From NCBI GenBank assembly GCA_050053635.1, contig JASFTI010000002.1, positions 1 through 40,261 on the forward strand: 40,261 nt of DNA, in the 5' to 3' direction. This document shows, in pieces, positions 39,088 through 40,261 of this stretch (position 1 is its first letter; every line of letters starts with the position of its first letter). The stretch is from Gemmatimonadales bacterium. GTDB taxonomy: Bacteria > Gemmatimonadota > Gemmatimonadetes > Palauibacterales > KS3-K002. Below the pieces are notes generated by a model that saw only the letters and a list, made by a program, of their open reading frames with translations, had not been told where the DNA came from and made no database searches. The position numbers and the translations under genes are program-made.

Positions 39088-39800
39088 TGGGCACCCTCCA
39101 TGAGTACGTCGGTGAGGATCACGCGGATGAGGTTGCTGAGAGCGGCCTGCATCCCCCCAACGGCCCGGACGGCTGCCAAAGACTCAGGGCTCTGGGCGGC
39201 GCGCAACGACCGGAGCCGAGTCACGATCTCTGCGAGGTCAGCATCCGAGGTACCTGCGGGGTCGAGCATGAGTGCGGAGAGCCCTAGCTCCTCGAGGAGA
39301 CTGCGCACGATGGCATGGGCGGCTTTGCGGAGGTTGGCCTCGGCTTGAGCTGCTAGAGCTGTCGCTTGCTCGGCATCCTTGGCCGGTGCGCTGCTCTTGG
39401 GCTGCGGATGAGTCTCGGTCTCTGGCGCGGTTGATAGCAGCGCCTCAGCAGCGAGCTCCCGCATCCGGGCGAGCGAGCCTCGCCCCCGGGGCACAGCGAT
39501 GCCTTGACTCCTGAGATACCGCTGCAGCTCGCCGGACTTCAGCGTCGTTCGCGAGAGCATCGTACCCGACGGAAGCCGGAGACCACGTGTGGACTTGCGC
39601 TCTCCGTCGACAGGCGTGCTCTGTCCGGTCTCCGGCTGGGGGTGTACGCCGGAGCGAAGCTGCTGGAGGATCGCACAAAGCTCCGCCTTGGAGCGGTCTG
39701 CGCCGCTCTCAGGCCGCATCGCCGGGTATCGTTGAGAGATCTCGGCGATCAGCTCCTCGTGGCTCATGTCCTCCGGCGCCTTTGTCTCTGCCTGTGTCAT
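39084..39800 (-). CDS. Hypothetical protein (238 aa) with two HeH/SAP-like helix-extension-helix motifs
   Basis: Proposed ATG at 39800, 7 nt downstream of CATGCT. Motifs SHEELIAEISQRY...SKAELCAILQQL and KSGELQRYLRSQGIAVPRGRGSLARMRELAAEAL. Confidence 0.4.
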   Translation of the reverse strand: MTQAETKAPEDMSHEELIAEISQRYPAMRPESGADRSKAELCAILQQLRSGVHPQPETGQSTPVDGERKSTRGLRLPSGTMLSRTTLKSGELQRYLRSQGIAVPRGRGSLARMRELAAEALLSTAPETETHPQPKSSAPAKDAEQATALAAQAEANLRKAAHAIVRSLLEELGLSALMLDPAGTSDADLAEIVTRLRSLRAAQSPESLAAVRAVGGMQAALSNLIRVILTDVLMEGAQ

Positions 39801-39807
39801 GTGAGTC

Positions 39808-39884
39808 AGCATGCCAGCGTGCCACGTGGACGTCAAGGCTAGAGTCAAGCGCGCTTGACACGCGAGATGCCCCCCGCCTATGCT
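39808..39884. promoter_or_regulatory. Second divergent switch: back-to-back promoters around the palindrome GTCAAGCGCGCTTGAC
   Basis: Palindrome at 39844-39859. Rightward promoter: TTGACA (39855-39860), 18 nt, TATGCT (39879-39884). Leftward promoter: TTGACG (39836-39831), 17 nt, CATGCT (39813-39808). Confidence 0.55.
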
Positions 39885-39907
39885 GGCCGTGATGACGAGG
39901 AGACGCA

Positions 39908-40162
39908 GTGGTAGCGCATGACCTCCTACGCTCCTGGCTGACCCAGCCGGATCACTCGGTGACCAAGCTCGCTGTCGACCTCGGTGTCTCACGGCAGACG
40001 GTGCACGGCTGGCTAGCCGGTGCTCTGCCGCGTGGATCACTAATCCACCCGCTCGAGCTGGCGACCGCCGGCTGGGTGCCGGCGGATGCGTGGTACCGCA
40101 TCGGCTGGGAGCAGAGCCCCGAGGGACGGGCAGCGCTGGCGCGCGCAGGACTCTTGCTGTGA
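39908..40162 (+). CDS. HTH regulator (84 aa), last gene before the packaging region
   Basis: SD GAGGAG plus GTG start. HTH VTKLAVDLGVSRQTVHGWLAG. Confidence 0.55.
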   Translation: MVAHDLLRSWLTQPDHSVTKLAVDLGVSRQTVHGWLAGALPRGSLIHPLELATAGWVPADAWYRIGWEQSPEGRAALARAGLLL

Positions 40163-40249
40163 GCGGCGACGAGAGCAGCGAGCGGTGGGCACCGGTAGGG
40201 TGCGGTGGGCCGCCCGGCTCGGGTCCTTCCAGGGGGGGCGGGGAGGCGA

Positions 40250-40261
40250 GGTACCTGCGGA
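40250..40261. repeat. Terminal direct repeat GGTACCTGCGGA, right copy
   Basis: Exact 12-nt match to 1-12. Confidence 0.95.

Larger units (their letters stand above)
1..40261. mobile_element. Complete or near-complete genome of a tailed (contractile-tail) dsDNA phage
   Basis: Continuous packaging, head, tail, lysis and early-gene order. No flanking cellular genes. Identical 12 nt at both ends. Confidence 0.85.

Overview
The window appears to be a complete genome of about 40.25 kb from a GC-rich, contractile-tailed dsDNA phage. The same 12 nt (GGTACCTGCGGA) sit at both ends, and no cellular flanking genes are visible.

Gene layout:
- 132-20414 (+): late operon. It has a lambda-type packaging and head module (Nu1-like small terminase, GpA-type large terminase, gpW-like protein, lambda-type portal, one 780-aa protease-scaffold-capsid fusion, two decoration-like proteins). 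This is joined to a Mu-type contractile tail and baseplate module (sheath, tube, chaperone with probable -1 frameshift, tape measure, DNA-circulation protein, gpP, gp45, gp46, gp47/J, gp48 fused to a LamG-like domain, tail fiber).
- 20411-21007 (-): one oddly placed gene.
- 21061-25110 (+): lysis and accessory block. It holds a GH25 endolysin with a peptidoglycan-binding domain, small membrane proteins, two paralogous fiber-like proteins that share an N-terminal module, and an SLT-like transglycosylase.
- 30618 down to 24962 (-): leftward early operon. It holds a Sak4-like ATPase, an SSB ending in DDDVPF, a Gp157-like protein, small ORFs, an XRE regulator, and then an operator/terminator cluster. 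Beyond that lie three orphan genes separated by a duplicated structured intergenic element, including a 481-aa orphan at the position where an integrase usually sits.
- 30719-38733 (+): rightward early operon. It holds a Cro-like HTH, an N6/N4 methyltransferase, a DHH/DHHA1 phosphoesterase, a C5 methyltransferase, an initiator gene with embedded 11-bp iterons, a zinc-ribbon DnaC-like loader and a VRR-NUC nuclease.
- 38749-40162: a second divergent regulatory switch.

I could not recognise an integrase, transposase, partition system, tRNA or CRISPR array.

All family names come from motifs recognised by eye. No searches were run. The many long antisense or alternative-frame ORFs in the track are ordinary high-GC artefacts.
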